Shown piece after piece: positions 47,692-58,389 of a stretch of DNA of 64,000 nt. The notes under the pieces are model-generated. The model did not search any database. It had not been told where the DNA came from and saw only the letters and a program-made list of their open reading frames with translations. Position 1 is the stretch's first letter; every line of letters starts with the position of its first letter. The translations under genes were made by a program, and so were the position numbers. Location of the stretch: the NCBI GenBank assembly GCA_031383405.1, contig JANMZO010000293.1, positions 3,820 to 67,819 of the forward strand. The letters run 5' to 3'. Origin of the DNA: Acidimicrobiia bacterium. Its GTDB lineage: Bacteria; Actinomycetota; Acidimicrobiia; Acidimicrobiales; JANYDT01.

Positions 47692-47760
47692 GTGGCCGAT
47701 GGTGCCCAACTCGGTGGCCAATGGTGCCCAACTCGGTGGCCGATGGTACCCAACTCGGTG
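47692..47760. repeat. 22-bp tandem repeat x3 (gtggccgatggtgcccaactcg)
   Basis: 47692-47713, 47714-47735 and 47736-47757 (one substitution each), plus a partial gtg. Begins 9 nt after the ispF stop. Confidence 0.95.
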
Positions 47761-47879
47761 AATCCGCGTTCGTAAGACTCGGCCACTACTTCGGTTGGGG
47801 TTCGATTTCGCCACCAGTTGGGCGCCGAGACATCGGGTGGGCGACCAGGCAAGGGCTTCCGGAGGCGTAGATTCTAGGT

Positions 47880-49028
47880 ATGGCTAGAGGCGCTTCCGGA
47901 AGTTCACGATCAGGAGGGCCCACACCGGGTCGTTCCGGAGGTCGCCCGGGTCCCGGCCGTCCGGCCGGACCGCCGCGAGGTTCAGGCGGCGGCTTTGACC
48001 GCGGTGCAGGTTTCGGGGGCGCAGGCTTTGGTGGAGGAGACCGTCCCTCCCGTGGACGTACCGGTCGGCCGGGACCTTCATCGGACAGAGCTCCTGGGTC
48101 CGGGGCCCGACCCGCTGGCCGCCCGGCCACACGACCGGAGTCAGCTTCCGAAGCCACAAGGGCACCGCGTGGCACCGGACCCCGCATCGGCTCACCGACG
48201 AACGGCCGACTCTTCGGGGGAGCCCCCCGCCAACGCAAGCCTGACGCCCCGCGTGAGGAAAACGGGCAAGCCGGTCCAAAGGGGCTCGGCGGCGATCTCG
48301 TCGAAGGGCGCCACGCGGTTCGGGAACTGCTCGTCGCCGGTCGAAGACGAGTCCGCGACGTCTGGATGTCGGAGGGCAACGATGACTCGCCGATCCTGGC
48401 CGAGATCGAACAACTTGCCACCGAAGCCCGAATCGTCGTTCGCAAGGTCAGCCGCGAGCACCTTCAAGCCGAAGCGAGAACCGAAACTCCGCAGGGCGTA
48501 CTCGCCCATGCAGCCCCGTTGGTCGATGTCGACATCGACGATCTCTTCGCCCGCAAGAGCAGCAAGGTTCCCTTCATTCTGGCGGTGGACAGCTTGACCG
48601 ACCCGCAGAACCTTGGAGCGCTGCTGCGGTCAGCCGACGGCGCGGGGGTCACGGGGGTGATCCTCCCGAAGCACCGCAACGTTCACATCACCCCAGCCGT
48701 CACCAAGGCGGCGGCCGGCGCAATCGAACGTATCCCGATGGCTCTCGTTGGTGGGCTACCGTCAGCGATGCTCCACATCAAGGCGACGCACGAGGCCTGG
48801 CTGGTGGGCCTTGATGCCGATGGCACGAGCTCTCTCTACGACCTCGCCAACCTCTCCACCGAGCCGCTCGTCGTCGTGGTCGGAGCCGAAGGATCGGGTC
48901 TGTCGAAGCTGGTTCGCCAGCGTTGCGACGCGATCGCGAGCATCCCGCTTCGTGGGGCGCTGTCGTCGCTCAACGCTTCGGCAGCGGGTGCAATTGCGTT
49001 GTTCGAATTGGGCCGTCATCGGGCGTAG
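47880..49028 (+). CDS. rlmB: 23S rRNA (guanosine-2'-O-)-methyltransferase RlmB (SpoU/TrmH family) with an R/G/P-rich N-terminal extension
   Basis: LVEGRHAVRELL (SpoU substrate-binding domain), LGALLRSADGAGV, VVVGAEGSGLS and IPLRGALSSLNASAAGAI. Start is uncertain (the SD is distant from ATG 47880). Confidence 0.8.
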   Translation: MARGASGSSRSGGPTPGRSGGRPGPGRPAGPPRGSGGGFDRGAGFGGAGFGGGDRPSRGRTGRPGPSSDRAPGSGARPAGRPATRPESASEATRAPRGTGPRIGSPTNGRLFGGAPRQRKPDAPREENGQAGPKGLGGDLVEGRHAVRELLVAGRRRVRDVWMSEGNDDSPILAEIEQLATEARIVVRKVSREHLQAEARTETPQGVLAHAAPLVDVDIDDLFARKSSKVPFILAVDSLTDPQNLGALLRSADGAGVTGVILPKHRNVHITPAVTKAAAGAIERIPMALVGGLPSAMLHIKATHEAWLVGLDADGTSSLYDLANLSTEPLVVVVGAEGSGLSKLVRQRCDAIASIPLRGALSSLNASAAGAIALFELGRHRA

Positions 49029-49045
49029 TCGGTGGGCGGCGCGGC

Positions 49046-49154
49046 GGCCGGGGCGAAAGGCCGGGGCGAAAGCCCTGACCGTGGTGAGGAGCGGCGGACG
49101 GGGACAAGCCCTGACAGTTGTCTGAGTTGCGACACGTTGTCTGAATTGCGACAC
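49046..49154. repeat. cluster of duplicated short units: 13-bp x2, 9-bp x2 (dispersed), 19-bp x2
   Basis: ggccggggcgaaa at 49046-49071; agccctgac at 49071-49079 and 49107-49115; gttgtctgagttgcgacac at 49117-49135 and 49136-49154 (one mismatch). Confidence 0.9.
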
Positions 49155-49157
49155 GCG

Positions 49158-49229
49158 AGCCGAGTGTCAGATTTGAACTGACGACCTGCTCATTACAAGT
49201 GAGCTGCTCTACCCCTGAGCTAACCCGGC
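49158..49229 (-). tRNA. tRNA-Thr (UGU), CCA not encoded
   Basis: Reverse complement GCCGGGTTAGCTCAGGGGTAGAGCAGCTCACTTGTAATGAGCAGGTCGTCAGTTCAAATCTGACACTCGGCT folds as a cloverleaf with anticodon loop CTTGTAA. Confidence 0.95.
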
Positions 49230-49381
49230 GAGGGTGACGAAAGTCTACGGGAATCCTTCACCCGCTCGAAACCACACCCCGAAGAACGTTCCCAAATTCG
49301 CACCCGTTGCGTGAGGGACCACCACCGACCCACTGCGCACCGTTAAGATGCCAGCCACCGCATGAAGGAGCCGCAATCACC

Positions 49382-50035
49382 ATGAGCATTCACCGCCATG
49401 CATTCAACTCGTTGACCAAACGGTCACAACCCCGCCACGAAGCCGGCCAGGCCGGAGGCGCCGCGCTCCGTGGAGCGCTCATTCTCCTGGTTGCGCTGGG
49501 TATCGGCATCTTCCTGGTCCGCAGATCCAACGACCCTGGCACCCCGACAATCACCCGGGACAGCGTTGCGGTGAGCGAGACGACGGTTGTGGTCGCCGAG
49601 CCCGGAACCGACACCGGCGTTCCGGCAACAACCCTCGTTGCGCTTCGTGCCCCAGAGGTGGTCAAGGTTCTCGTCGCCAATGGTTCAGGGGTGAACCGGG
49701 CGGCCGCTCGGGTCCGGGCCTTCCTCGTTCCTCTGCGCTTCGACCTTCCGTCTCCGGCCGACGCCATGCTCAAGAATTACGAGGACTACGTGTACTTCAA
49801 CGCCGGATTCGAGATCGAAGCCAAAGACATCGCAGCCAAGCTCGGGATCGCAAAGGCTCCGATTCCGGTGCCGGCCAACGTTGTCCGGCCTCCTGTTCCC
49901 GCGTTCGACGTGCTCGTCATGGTTGGCCCGGATCTGGCCGTGCGATTCAAATCGCAACCGCTCACGCCAACCGCCTCCGCTCCCGCTTCGGCCCCCGCTG
50001 CAGCAGTGGCAACCACTGTGCCGGCTCCTGCCTAG
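49382..50035 (+). CDS. LytR C-terminal (LytR_C) domain-containing membrane protein
   Basis: TM anchor ALILLVALGIGIFLV. VKVLVANGSGVNRAAARVRAFL ... DYVYFN is typical of LytR_C. Confidence 0.65.
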   Translation: MSIHRHAFNSLTKRSQPRHEAGQAGGAALRGALILLVALGIGIFLVRRSNDPGTPTITRDSVAVSETTVVVAEPGTDTGVPATTLVALRAPEVVKVLVANGSGVNRAAARVRAFLVPLRFDLPSPADAMLKNYEDYVYFNAGFEIEAKDIAAKLGIAKAPIPVPANVVRPPVPAFDVLVMVGPDLAVRFKSQPLTPTASAPASAPAAAVATTVPAPA

Positions 50036-50044
50036 TCTGGCAGG

Positions 50045-51124
50045 GTGCCGAGAAAAAGCGCGGAGGAACGCCGCGAGAGCGTCCAGTTGGCTGAGTTGGC
50101 CACCCCCGGACCCGCAGTCGTTGCGGCGTTCGACAAATTTCGCCTGACCGCCACCGCCCCGGATCTTTGCCGCGCCGTCGGCGACGCTGCGTGGGAACGG
50201 TCATGGACCTGCCATCAACTGCCGATGGCCGATGGCGGGGAAGGAACCCTTGAGGTGCTAGCCACGCTCGGCGGGGTGATCCAGACCACGACCGTGTCCG
50301 GCCCACTGGGTGATCCGGTGCAGGCCACCTGGCTGCTTCGCGGCAGGACGGCATTCATCGAAATGGCGAAAGCGTCCGGACTGGCGCTGATTGGCGGACC
50401 ATCTGGCAACCGGGCCCTCGACGCGTCGACCGCGGGCACAGGTGAATTGATGGTGGCCGCTCTCGGGGCGGGTGCGAAGCGGATCGTCGTGACCGTTGGA
50501 GGCTCGGCGACAACCGATGGCGGGTTCGGAGCGCTCCGCGCCATCGAGCCGCTTCCGCGTTTTCGCGGCATCGATCTTGTCGTGGCCTGTGACGTGGAGA
50601 CCACGTTCCTCGACGCCGCCGCCGACTTCGGTCCCCAAAAGGGTGCGACCCCAGCTGAGGTGAACCTCCTCCGGCGCCGCCTGGAACGCCTGGCCGACAT
50701 CTACTTCGACGAACGCGGCGTCGACGTTCGGGGCATCCGCGGTTCCGGGGCGGCCGGGGGACTTGCCGGTGGGCTGGTTTCCATCGGGGCCCGGATCGAG
50801 TCGGGCTTCTCGCTGATCGCCGACGAGGTGAACCTGGCCGAGGCGATCACGGCCGCAAAGCTTGTCATTACCGGCGAAGGGAAACTTGATGCCGAGTCGT
50901 TCAACGGAAAGGTCGTCGGCGGGGTGTGCGGCCTGGCCCGCGATGCGGGGGTGCCGGTTGTCATCGTTTGTGGTGTCGCGGAGGAAGGCTTCGCGGTGCC
51001 CGACGACTTCCGGATGACGATCCGGGAGATCGTCCCTTTGGGTGAGCGTTACGGCGCGGAACGGGCGTGGAACGAACCCGTGACGCTCGTTCGCGAGGAA
51101 GCGCTTCGCCTCCTCCTGGCCTGA
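50045..51124 (+). CDS. glycerate kinase
   Basis: MADGGEGT, GGSATTDGGFG and VITGEGKLDAESFNGKV motifs. Confidence 0.85.
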   Translation: MPRKSAEERRESVQLAELATPGPAVVAAFDKFRLTATAPDLCRAVGDAAWERSWTCHQLPMADGGEGTLEVLATLGGVIQTTTVSGPLGDPVQATWLLRGRTAFIEMAKASGLALIGGPSGNRALDASTAGTGELMVAALGAGAKRIVVTVGGSATTDGGFGALRAIEPLPRFRGIDLVVACDVETTFLDAAADFGPQKGATPAEVNLLRRRLERLADIYFDERGVDVRGIRGSGAAGGLAGGLVSIGARIESGFSLIADEVNLAEAITAAKLVITGEGKLDAESFNGKVVGGVCGLARDAGVPVVIVCGVAEEGFAVPDDFRMTIREIVPLGERYGAERAWNEPVTLVREEALRLLLA

Positions 51125-51145
51125 GCCGCCTCCTCCTGGACTGAG
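51106..51145. repeat. 20-bp tandem duplication spanning the glycerate kinase stop codon
   Basis: tcgcctcctcctggcctgag (51106-51125, contains TGA 51122-51124) and ccgcctcctcctggactgag (51126-51145). Confidence 0.9.
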
Positions 51146-51246
51146 CTCGTGGCATACCGGTGCATCGGCCGAGTACCGCCTTGTACCTTGTTTGCCATGT
51201 CGAAATCGACCCCGCCTGACCAAACCGGATCCCGCGAAGCGTTCCG

Positions 51247-52176
51247 ATGACAGTCGTGGCCGTCGCGACCCGTTCGGGCATGGTCGAGAGCGAGTACCAC
51301 GGCCATGTGGTCGTCGTGAATCCCGACGCATCAGTTCGATTGACCATAGGTGAACCCGGGAGAATCTTCTATCCACGATCGACCAACAAGCTGATGCAGG
51401 CCGCCACGATGGCCCGGCTCGGGCTGAAGCTGCCGGCGCGGTTGGCCGCACTCTCGGCCAGCAGCCATTCCGGAGAGGGCTTCCACCAGGCCGCGGTCGA
51501 GGAGATTCTGACTTCGGTCGGTCTGTCGGTCGACGATCTCGACAACACACCCGCGCTCCCGTACGACGAGGCGGTCGCCCGTCAGGTGCTTCGATCAGGC
51601 GGTTCTCCAACCCGGCTAGCCCAGAACTGCTCGGGTAAACACGCCGCTATGGTGGCCACCTGCGTGGTAAACGGGTGGCCGGTCGCCGGATATCTTGCGA
51701 ACGATCATCCGCTGCAGAAGGCGATCACCGCCGACATCGTGAGTATGACCGGGGAGGCGGTCGACCGGATCGGTATCGACGGCTGCGGAGCCCCGGCACA
51801 CGCGTTTTCACTCTTCGGTCTGGCCCGGGCCTACGGGCGAGCGCGTTCCTCCACCGATCCGGCCCATGGCATTGCCAACGCCATGATCGCCCACCCCGAG
51901 ATCGTCGGCGGAACCCGACGCGATGTGACCCTCATGATGCAGAACCTGCCGACGATCCTCATCAAAGACGGAGCCGATGGCGTGATGGCCGCCGCGCTCG
52001 CCGACGGGACCGGAATCGCGCTGAAGATCGGAGACGGTGCCGCCCCGCCTCGCGTCGCCGTCCTTCTCCGCGTCCTCACCTTGCTCGGCATCGACGTGGC
52101 GGCCGCTGCTGCAGCGGCACCTCTGCCGGTGTTCGGCCACGGTCAGCCCGTCGGCCATGTCCGATGCGTCCTGTAG
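51247..52176 (+). CDS. asparaginase family protein (Asparaginase_II / Rhizobium-type)
   Basis: ESEYHGHVVVV ... YPRSTNKLMQA ... NCSGKHAAM motifs recalled for this family. Confidence 0.7.
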   Translation: MTVVAVATRSGMVESEYHGHVVVVNPDASVRLTIGEPGRIFYPRSTNKLMQAATMARLGLKLPARLAALSASSHSGEGFHQAAVEEILTSVGLSVDDLDNTPALPYDEAVARQVLRSGGSPTRLAQNCSGKHAAMVATCVVNGWPVAGYLANDHPLQKAITADIVSMTGEAVDRIGIDGCGAPAHAFSLFGLARAYGRARSSTDPAHGIANAMIAHPEIVGGTRRDVTLMMQNLPTILIKDGADGVMAAALADGTGIALKIGDGAAPPRVAVLLRVLTLLGIDVAAAAAAAPLPVFGHGQPVGHVRCVL

Positions 52177-52280
52177 GCGCGAACGTCTGTTGCAGCGGGG
52201 TATCCGAATGCAAACCGCGCGCGCCGTCAAGCTGCAACAAGGCAGCCAAAGCGGAGGCAACCGGGACCTTCGGACCCTTT

Positions 52281-52307
52281 TTGGCACTCTCGACCGGAGA
52301 TTGCCAA
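52281..52307. promoter_or_regulatory. CIRCE-like HrcA operator, copy 1 (one arm degenerate)
   Basis: TTGGCACTC-tcgaccgga-GATTGCCAA versus consensus TTAGCACTC-N9-GAGTGCTAA. Confidence 0.7.
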
Positions 52308-52330
52308 CTAGCTCTGGAAATGGACTAACG

Positions 52331-54054
<1,724 letters not shown>

Positions 54055-54129
54055 ATCACGTAGTAGATCGGCTGGACCACCATCGGGGAGCCGGCAACGG
54101 TTCAGCGCCGATGAGTTGTACAACCAGTG

Positions 54130-54166
54130 AAAGGAGGGGAGCTTCTGCTCCCCTCCTTTGCTTTGC
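54130..54166 (+). terminator. intrinsic terminator after groEL
   Basis: AAAGGAGGGGAGC-ttct-GCTCCCCTCCTTT followed by GCTTTGC. Confidence 0.7.
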
Positions 54167-54369
54167 GTAGAGGGTTCGTGGGCCCGGCCGGCTCAGTTAC
54201 CAGTGCCTCTTCGGGTAGGAGACCGTGACGCCGAGCGCTCCCGCAATCCAATATTCGTCCTCGACATGCAACGCACTTCCGCTTCAGTGAACTAGGTCTA
54301 CGTAGTACCTTGTTATGCCTACTTACTATGGTCCTTGCCTCCGCCGCCGGAAACGGGGAGAGTTGCTGC

Positions 54370-55392
54370 ATGTTGCGCCGCACACCAAGTCCTCCATCGG
54401 TTCGCGACCGGAAGCTCACCCGATTCGCAGCCACGGCGATCGTTGGCCTCGTCGCCGTGTCGCTGTCGTCGACGCTCACGTCCGAGGCAACGGCAGCAAC
54501 GTCGTCGTCATCCAAGGCTAAGAAGGTCACGACGACCACAAGGAAGCGGGTTGTCCGAACGACGACGACCAGGCGTCGAGCCGTTGGAACAACAGCCACG
54601 ACTCCATCAACGATTCCATCGACGACACAGGCGCTTCCAACCGTCGCCACGGCGGCTCCCACCCAGGCAACACTGCCGACTACAAGCACAACCACCACCA
54701 CGACGGCACCTGCCTTCGACTTCGACGTTCTCGTGCCAACACCGGCCCAATCGGTGGCCGCGGGTTCGTCGGCTTCGTTTGTCGTGATCGTCGCGACGAA
54801 GGCGCCTTCCACGCCGCGGGCCGTCACCTTCATTGCGACCGGTATACCGGAAGGCGCCAACGCGACACTCTCGCCCAACCCCACGTCCTCGGGCGCCGAA
54901 TTCCGGGTCAACGTCGGGGCCAATGTGGCGGTCGGGACATATACGATCCGTCTCATCGGTTCGGCCGCCAACGTGTCTAAGACGACCAACGTCTTCATCA
55001 GCGTGACCGCCGCGACGGGCGCAAGCACCTCAACAACGACAACGACGACAACCAAGCCCGGGCCTACCACAAGCACGATCGTCGTGGGCGTTGGCGCTTC
55101 GACCTTCGCGGTCGCCGTCAGCACGGAGAACAACCGGCTCCGTAGCGGCAATACGGTCTCGTACTTCATTCGGATCATCTACGCGAGCGGTTTCTCGACT
55201 CCCGCCGCTCTCCAGGTCAACGGACTTCCGAACGGAGTGTCAGGTGGCTTCAGTGCCATGTCGACCGAAGGTACGGCGACGCTGTTCGTCAGCTCGACCG
55301 TGGCGATTGTCCCGGGCACCTACACCTTCAACGTGACGGCCGCCGCCGGTTCGTATCAGCAGTTCATTCCGGTAACGCTCATTATCGAGTAG
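54370..55392 (+). CDS. secreted Thr-rich protein with two similar beta-rich (Ig-like?) modules
   Basis: Signal/anchor FAATAIVGLVAVSLS, poly-T linkers, and two modules ending GTYTIRL / GTYTFNV. Start at ATG 54370 chosen over the longer ORF. Confidence 0.6.
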   Translation: MLRRTPSPPSVRDRKLTRFAATAIVGLVAVSLSSTLTSEATAATSSSSKAKKVTTTTRKRVVRTTTTRRRAVGTTATTPSTIPSTTQALPTVATAAPTQATLPTTSTTTTTTAPAFDFDVLVPTPAQSVAAGSSASFVVIVATKAPSTPRAVTFIATGIPEGANATLSPNPTSSGAEFRVNVGANVAVGTYTIRLIGSAANVSKTTNVFISVTAATGASTSTTTTTTTKPGPTTSTIVVGVGASTFAVAVSTENNRLRSGNTVSYFIRIIYASGFSTPAALQVNGLPNGVSGGFSAMSTEGTATLFVSSTVAIVPGTYTFNVTAAAGSYQQFIPVTLIIE

Positions 55393-55408
55393 CCGAGTAG
55401 CCGAGCAG
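55386..55408. repeat. 8-bp tandem repeat x~3 (cgagtagc) spanning the stop codon
   Basis: 55386-55393 (contains TAG 55390-55392), 55394-55401, and a degenerate third copy at 55402-55408. Confidence 0.85.
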
Positions 55409-55456
55409 ATGCCAGAACAAGCGGTCGAGCAGACAACCACCCACCATAGGTCCAGC

Positions 55457-57463
55457 TCAGTTCGCGTGCGACCGGCGCCGACGTATCCGCACCAGACCGC
55501 TCACGCCGACGGCAATGGTAGCGACCACCGCACCACCGAGCACCGGAGTCGCCAACCCACCTCCGGTCTGATCTGACGGCGAGTTCCTTCGGAGGGCCTG
55601 TTGTCGCGTGGGTGGCTGCGATGCCGGTGCCGCGGCGTCGCCGAACGTCGTTTCAACGGGCTCGGCGACCGACCCGGACGTTGCCTTGATCACCGGTGTA
55701 TCGGCAACCCCCCCGGCCGGATCGGAACTGTCAAACCCCAGGGTGTCATCGGGAGCGAAGTCAGCTGCACTATCACCCGAGCGGAGAATATCGGACTGCG
55801 CCGAGAGAAGGTCAGCGGTATCGCCAGGCTCGTCGGTCGTGCCTCCGACCGATTTGCGTCCGATCACAGGAACACGAGGTCCGACAGGTCCGGCAGTCCG
55901 ACCCTCTACGGCCGCTGACAACGGGTCAGCGTTCAACACCGGGTCCGACGACCCCGACACCTCGGTCGACGACCCCGGGCCGAAGGTGAAGAACGTCGAT
56001 TTGAGTCCGAGTGCGGCGTCGAAGCTCGGGCCCCGGATGTTGAGTGTCCCGACGCTTCCATAGAGCGACACGGTGAGTGCGCGCCCCGACGCGCCGACCT
56101 CGGTGATCGCAATGCCACTCGGCGAGCCTCGATACCCGACCCGTCGGGCAATGTCGCCCAAGGTCGTGGTGACCGTCCACGCCTTGAGGTCACCGGTCGG
56201 GTACGCCCCGGCCCGCAAATACGGGATCTCGACATCGCCCCCGAATGCTTCCGCCGGGGTGGCGATCGTGCCACCGCCGCTGGCGCTGTAGAACGCGGCG
56301 ATCAGCTTGCCCGCATACACGAGAACTTTGGATCGAGTCGACTCCACCGCGTGATCCATGGCCGGGTACTCCGCTTGAGCGCCGAGGTAGACCTGGCACC
56401 GCTGGGTCGGGCATATCTCACCCGAAGCGGCCATGTAACGCAAGGCGTACGTTCGCGCGGCGATCGCCTGGGCCTCCAGTGTGGCCGCTGGCCAAGAGGG
56501 GGTCAGTATCTCTCCCATCCCTCGCAGGTAGTCCTCGATGTCGATCTCATTCACGACGCGCACGGCCCCACTGACCAGGCTCAGTTCGAGCGTTCCCCGG
56601 TAACGGCGACCACCAAAGCCCACCGTCGTCGAACTCGACGCATCGAGGGTGGTCGCCCGCACCGAAACTCCGCTGGCCGTCGCCGACTTGCTAATCGAGC
56701 GCTCGTTCCGTCCGGGAGCCCCTCCAGGCGAGGCTGATCCAGCCTCGGGCTGCGACAACGCATCGCTACCCGGGGTGCTTTCGATCGGAGCAACAATCGT
56801 GGGCTCGGCCTCCGGCGCCGGTGGTTCGGTCGTGGGCGCAACGGTGGGCGGAATCGTTGTCGTCGTGGTCGTGAGGGGAATCACTCCGGGGTCGGTCGTC
56901 TGAAAGGACGACAGCCCAACGGAGAATCCGCGTTGTCCCACTGCGCCGACACGGACCGGATTCTTTGTCGCCCCTCCCGCCCCGGAACCGGACACGGGCG
57001 GTGCTGCCTCGGTCGACAACGTGGCGACCACCTCCCCCTCACGCACCGTGACCGCTACCGTATGACCGGCCGGTACCCGGGCCCCGCCGATGGTGCCCCC
57101 CAAGGGAAAGGCCAAAGTGAAATTCGCTCCCGCCCCGAGGGGGACGCGGACGGTTCCACCCTTCTTGGCCAGAATCGCTCCCGGAAAGAAGACGCGGAGG
57201 ATGTCAGTGGCGGATCGGCCACTCAGGCCGAGCCAGTAGGCACCGTCCTGGGCCATTCCCACTCCATGCCCGAACCCCCGACCTTCGATCACGATGACCG
57301 AGTCTGCCGCAGGCATGGCCAGGACCGGAGTCGCACCCAGGAGCCATGCGAGGGCCATAAGCGGGGCAACCCGGCTCAGCGAACAACGGAGCCGATGTCG
57401 CTGCCGAAGGGCCGCCTGAACCGGTCGTGCACCGGGTACCGAACTTCGTGGTCGCAACTGCAC
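55457..57463 (-). CDS. SpoIID/LytB domain-containing protein with C-terminal membrane anchor
   Basis: IEDYLRGMGEILTPSWPAATLEAQAIAARTYAL ... CPTQRCQVYLG core. N-terminal signal. C-terminal TM VVATIAVGVSGLV plus RRRR. Confidence 0.8.
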   Translation of the reverse strand: MQLRPRSSVPGARPVQAALRQRHRLRCSLSRVAPLMALAWLLGATPVLAMPAADSVIVIEGRGFGHGVGMAQDGAYWLGLSGRSATDILRVFFPGAILAKKGGTVRVPLGAGANFTLAFPLGGTIGGARVPAGHTVAVTVREGEVVATLSTEAAPPVSGSGAGGATKNPVRVGAVGQRGFSVGLSSFQTTDPGVIPLTTTTTTIPPTVAPTTEPPAPEAEPTIVAPIESTPGSDALSQPEAGSASPGGAPGRNERSISKSATASGVSVRATTLDASSSTTVGFGGRRYRGTLELSLVSGAVRVVNEIDIEDYLRGMGEILTPSWPAATLEAQAIAARTYALRYMAASGEICPTQRCQVYLGAQAEYPAMDHAVESTRSKVLVYAGKLIAAFYSASGGGTIATPAEAFGGDVEIPYLRAGAYPTGDLKAWTVTTTLGDIARRVGYRGSPSGIAITEVGASGRALTVSLYGSVGTLNIRGPSFDAALGLKSTFFTFGPGSSTEVSGSSDPVLNADPLSAAVEGRTAGPVGPRVPVIGRKSVGGTTDEPGDTADLLSAQSDILRSGDSAADFAPDDTLGFDSSDPAGGVADTPVIKATSGSVAEPVETTFGDAAAPASQPPTRQQALRRNSPSDQTGGGLATPVLGGAVVATIAVGVSGLVRIRRRRSHAN

Positions 57464-57594
57464 CGGTCAATTCTTACGCAGATAGCAATCACAGCCGAAA
57501 AAGCGCCCGGCGCTAGCTTTCCCGGAACAACGGAGTGCCGAAACTACACTCGCTCCATCGAGTCATCTTCGACGCCGATGAAACAGGAGATCCC

Positions 57595-58284
57595 ATGCCC
57601 GAGTCACTGTCACCCGCCGTTGGTTGGGGAGTGCTTCATCTGTTTTTTGAAGCCGACCAGTTCGTCGACGCCGAAGCCCTCGTCGCCGCGGTTGCACGCT
57701 GCCAAGCCGACGGCCACCAGGTGATCACCTTCGCTGTCCTCGGGCACAAGGGCGATATCGGCGTGATGGCACTCGGTCCTGATCTTTGGCGCCTTCGCAG
57801 GCTCCAGACAGATCTTCAACGGACCGGTCTGTCGCTCATCGATTCCTATGTGTCGATGACCGAGGTTTCGGAGTACGCCAAGGGGATTCCCGAGGAAATG
57901 CTGAAGGCTCGACTCTATCCGGTGCTGCCCCCCGAAGGAATGCGCGCATATTGTTTTTATCCGATGTCGAAACGTCGCGGAGTCGGCGACGCCGACGTCA
58001 ACTGGTTCACGCTTCCCTTCGAAGATCGCAAAGCGCTGATGCACGAGCACGGCGTGTCGGGTCGAAAGTTTGCCGGTCGAATCGTGCAGCTGATCACCGG
58101 GTCCGCCGGCATCGACGACTTCGAATGGGGCGTCACCCTGTTTGCGAAGGATCCGGCCGACCTCAAGGAAGTCGTGTACACGATGCGTTTCGATGAAGCT
58201 TCGGCAAAGTACGCCGAGTTTGGGCCGTTCATCACCGGACTCATTGCACCGGTCGATGAACTCGTCGGCCAGCTGGTCGGATAG
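57595..58284 (+). CDS. chdC: chlorite dismutase family protein / coproheme decarboxylase (ChdC, HemQ)
   Basis: GWGVLHLFF ... YPMSKRR ... NWFTLPFEDRKALMHEHG ... EWGVTLFA ... MRFDEASAKYAEFGPF. AGGAGA SD. Confidence 0.85.
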   Translation: MPESLSPAVGWGVLHLFFEADQFVDAEALVAAVARCQADGHQVITFAVLGHKGDIGVMALGPDLWRLRRLQTDLQRTGLSLIDSYVSMTEVSEYAKGIPEEMLKARLYPVLPPEGMRAYCFYPMSKRRGVGDADVNWFTLPFEDRKALMHEHGVSGRKFAGRIVQLITGSAGIDDFEWGVTLFAKDPADLKEVVYTMRFDEASAKYAEFGPFITGLIAPVDELVGQLVG

Positions 58285-58296
58285 TGCCCATGATTC

Positions 58297-58389
58297 ATGG
58301 CACCCGACACGCATGACAACCGACACGGCACTTCGACACGCATGACACCCGACACGCATGGCACCCGACACGCATGACGCCCGACACGG
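58297..58389. repeat. 16-bp tandem repeat x~6 (atgRcacccgacacgc), each good copy carrying an ATG
   Basis: Units start at 58297, 58313, 58329 (13-nt degenerate), 58342, 58358 and 58374. The last unit supplies the ATG of the downstream ORF. Confidence 0.9.

Noticed and set aside
47786-48445. 219-aa minus-strand ORF
   Set aside because: It is antisense to the R/G/P-rich N-terminal region of rlmB. Compositional artefact.
50258-51610. 450-aa minus-strand ORF
   Set aside because: It is antisense to the glycerate kinase and asparaginase genes, with an Arg/Pro/Gly-rich nonsense-like composition.
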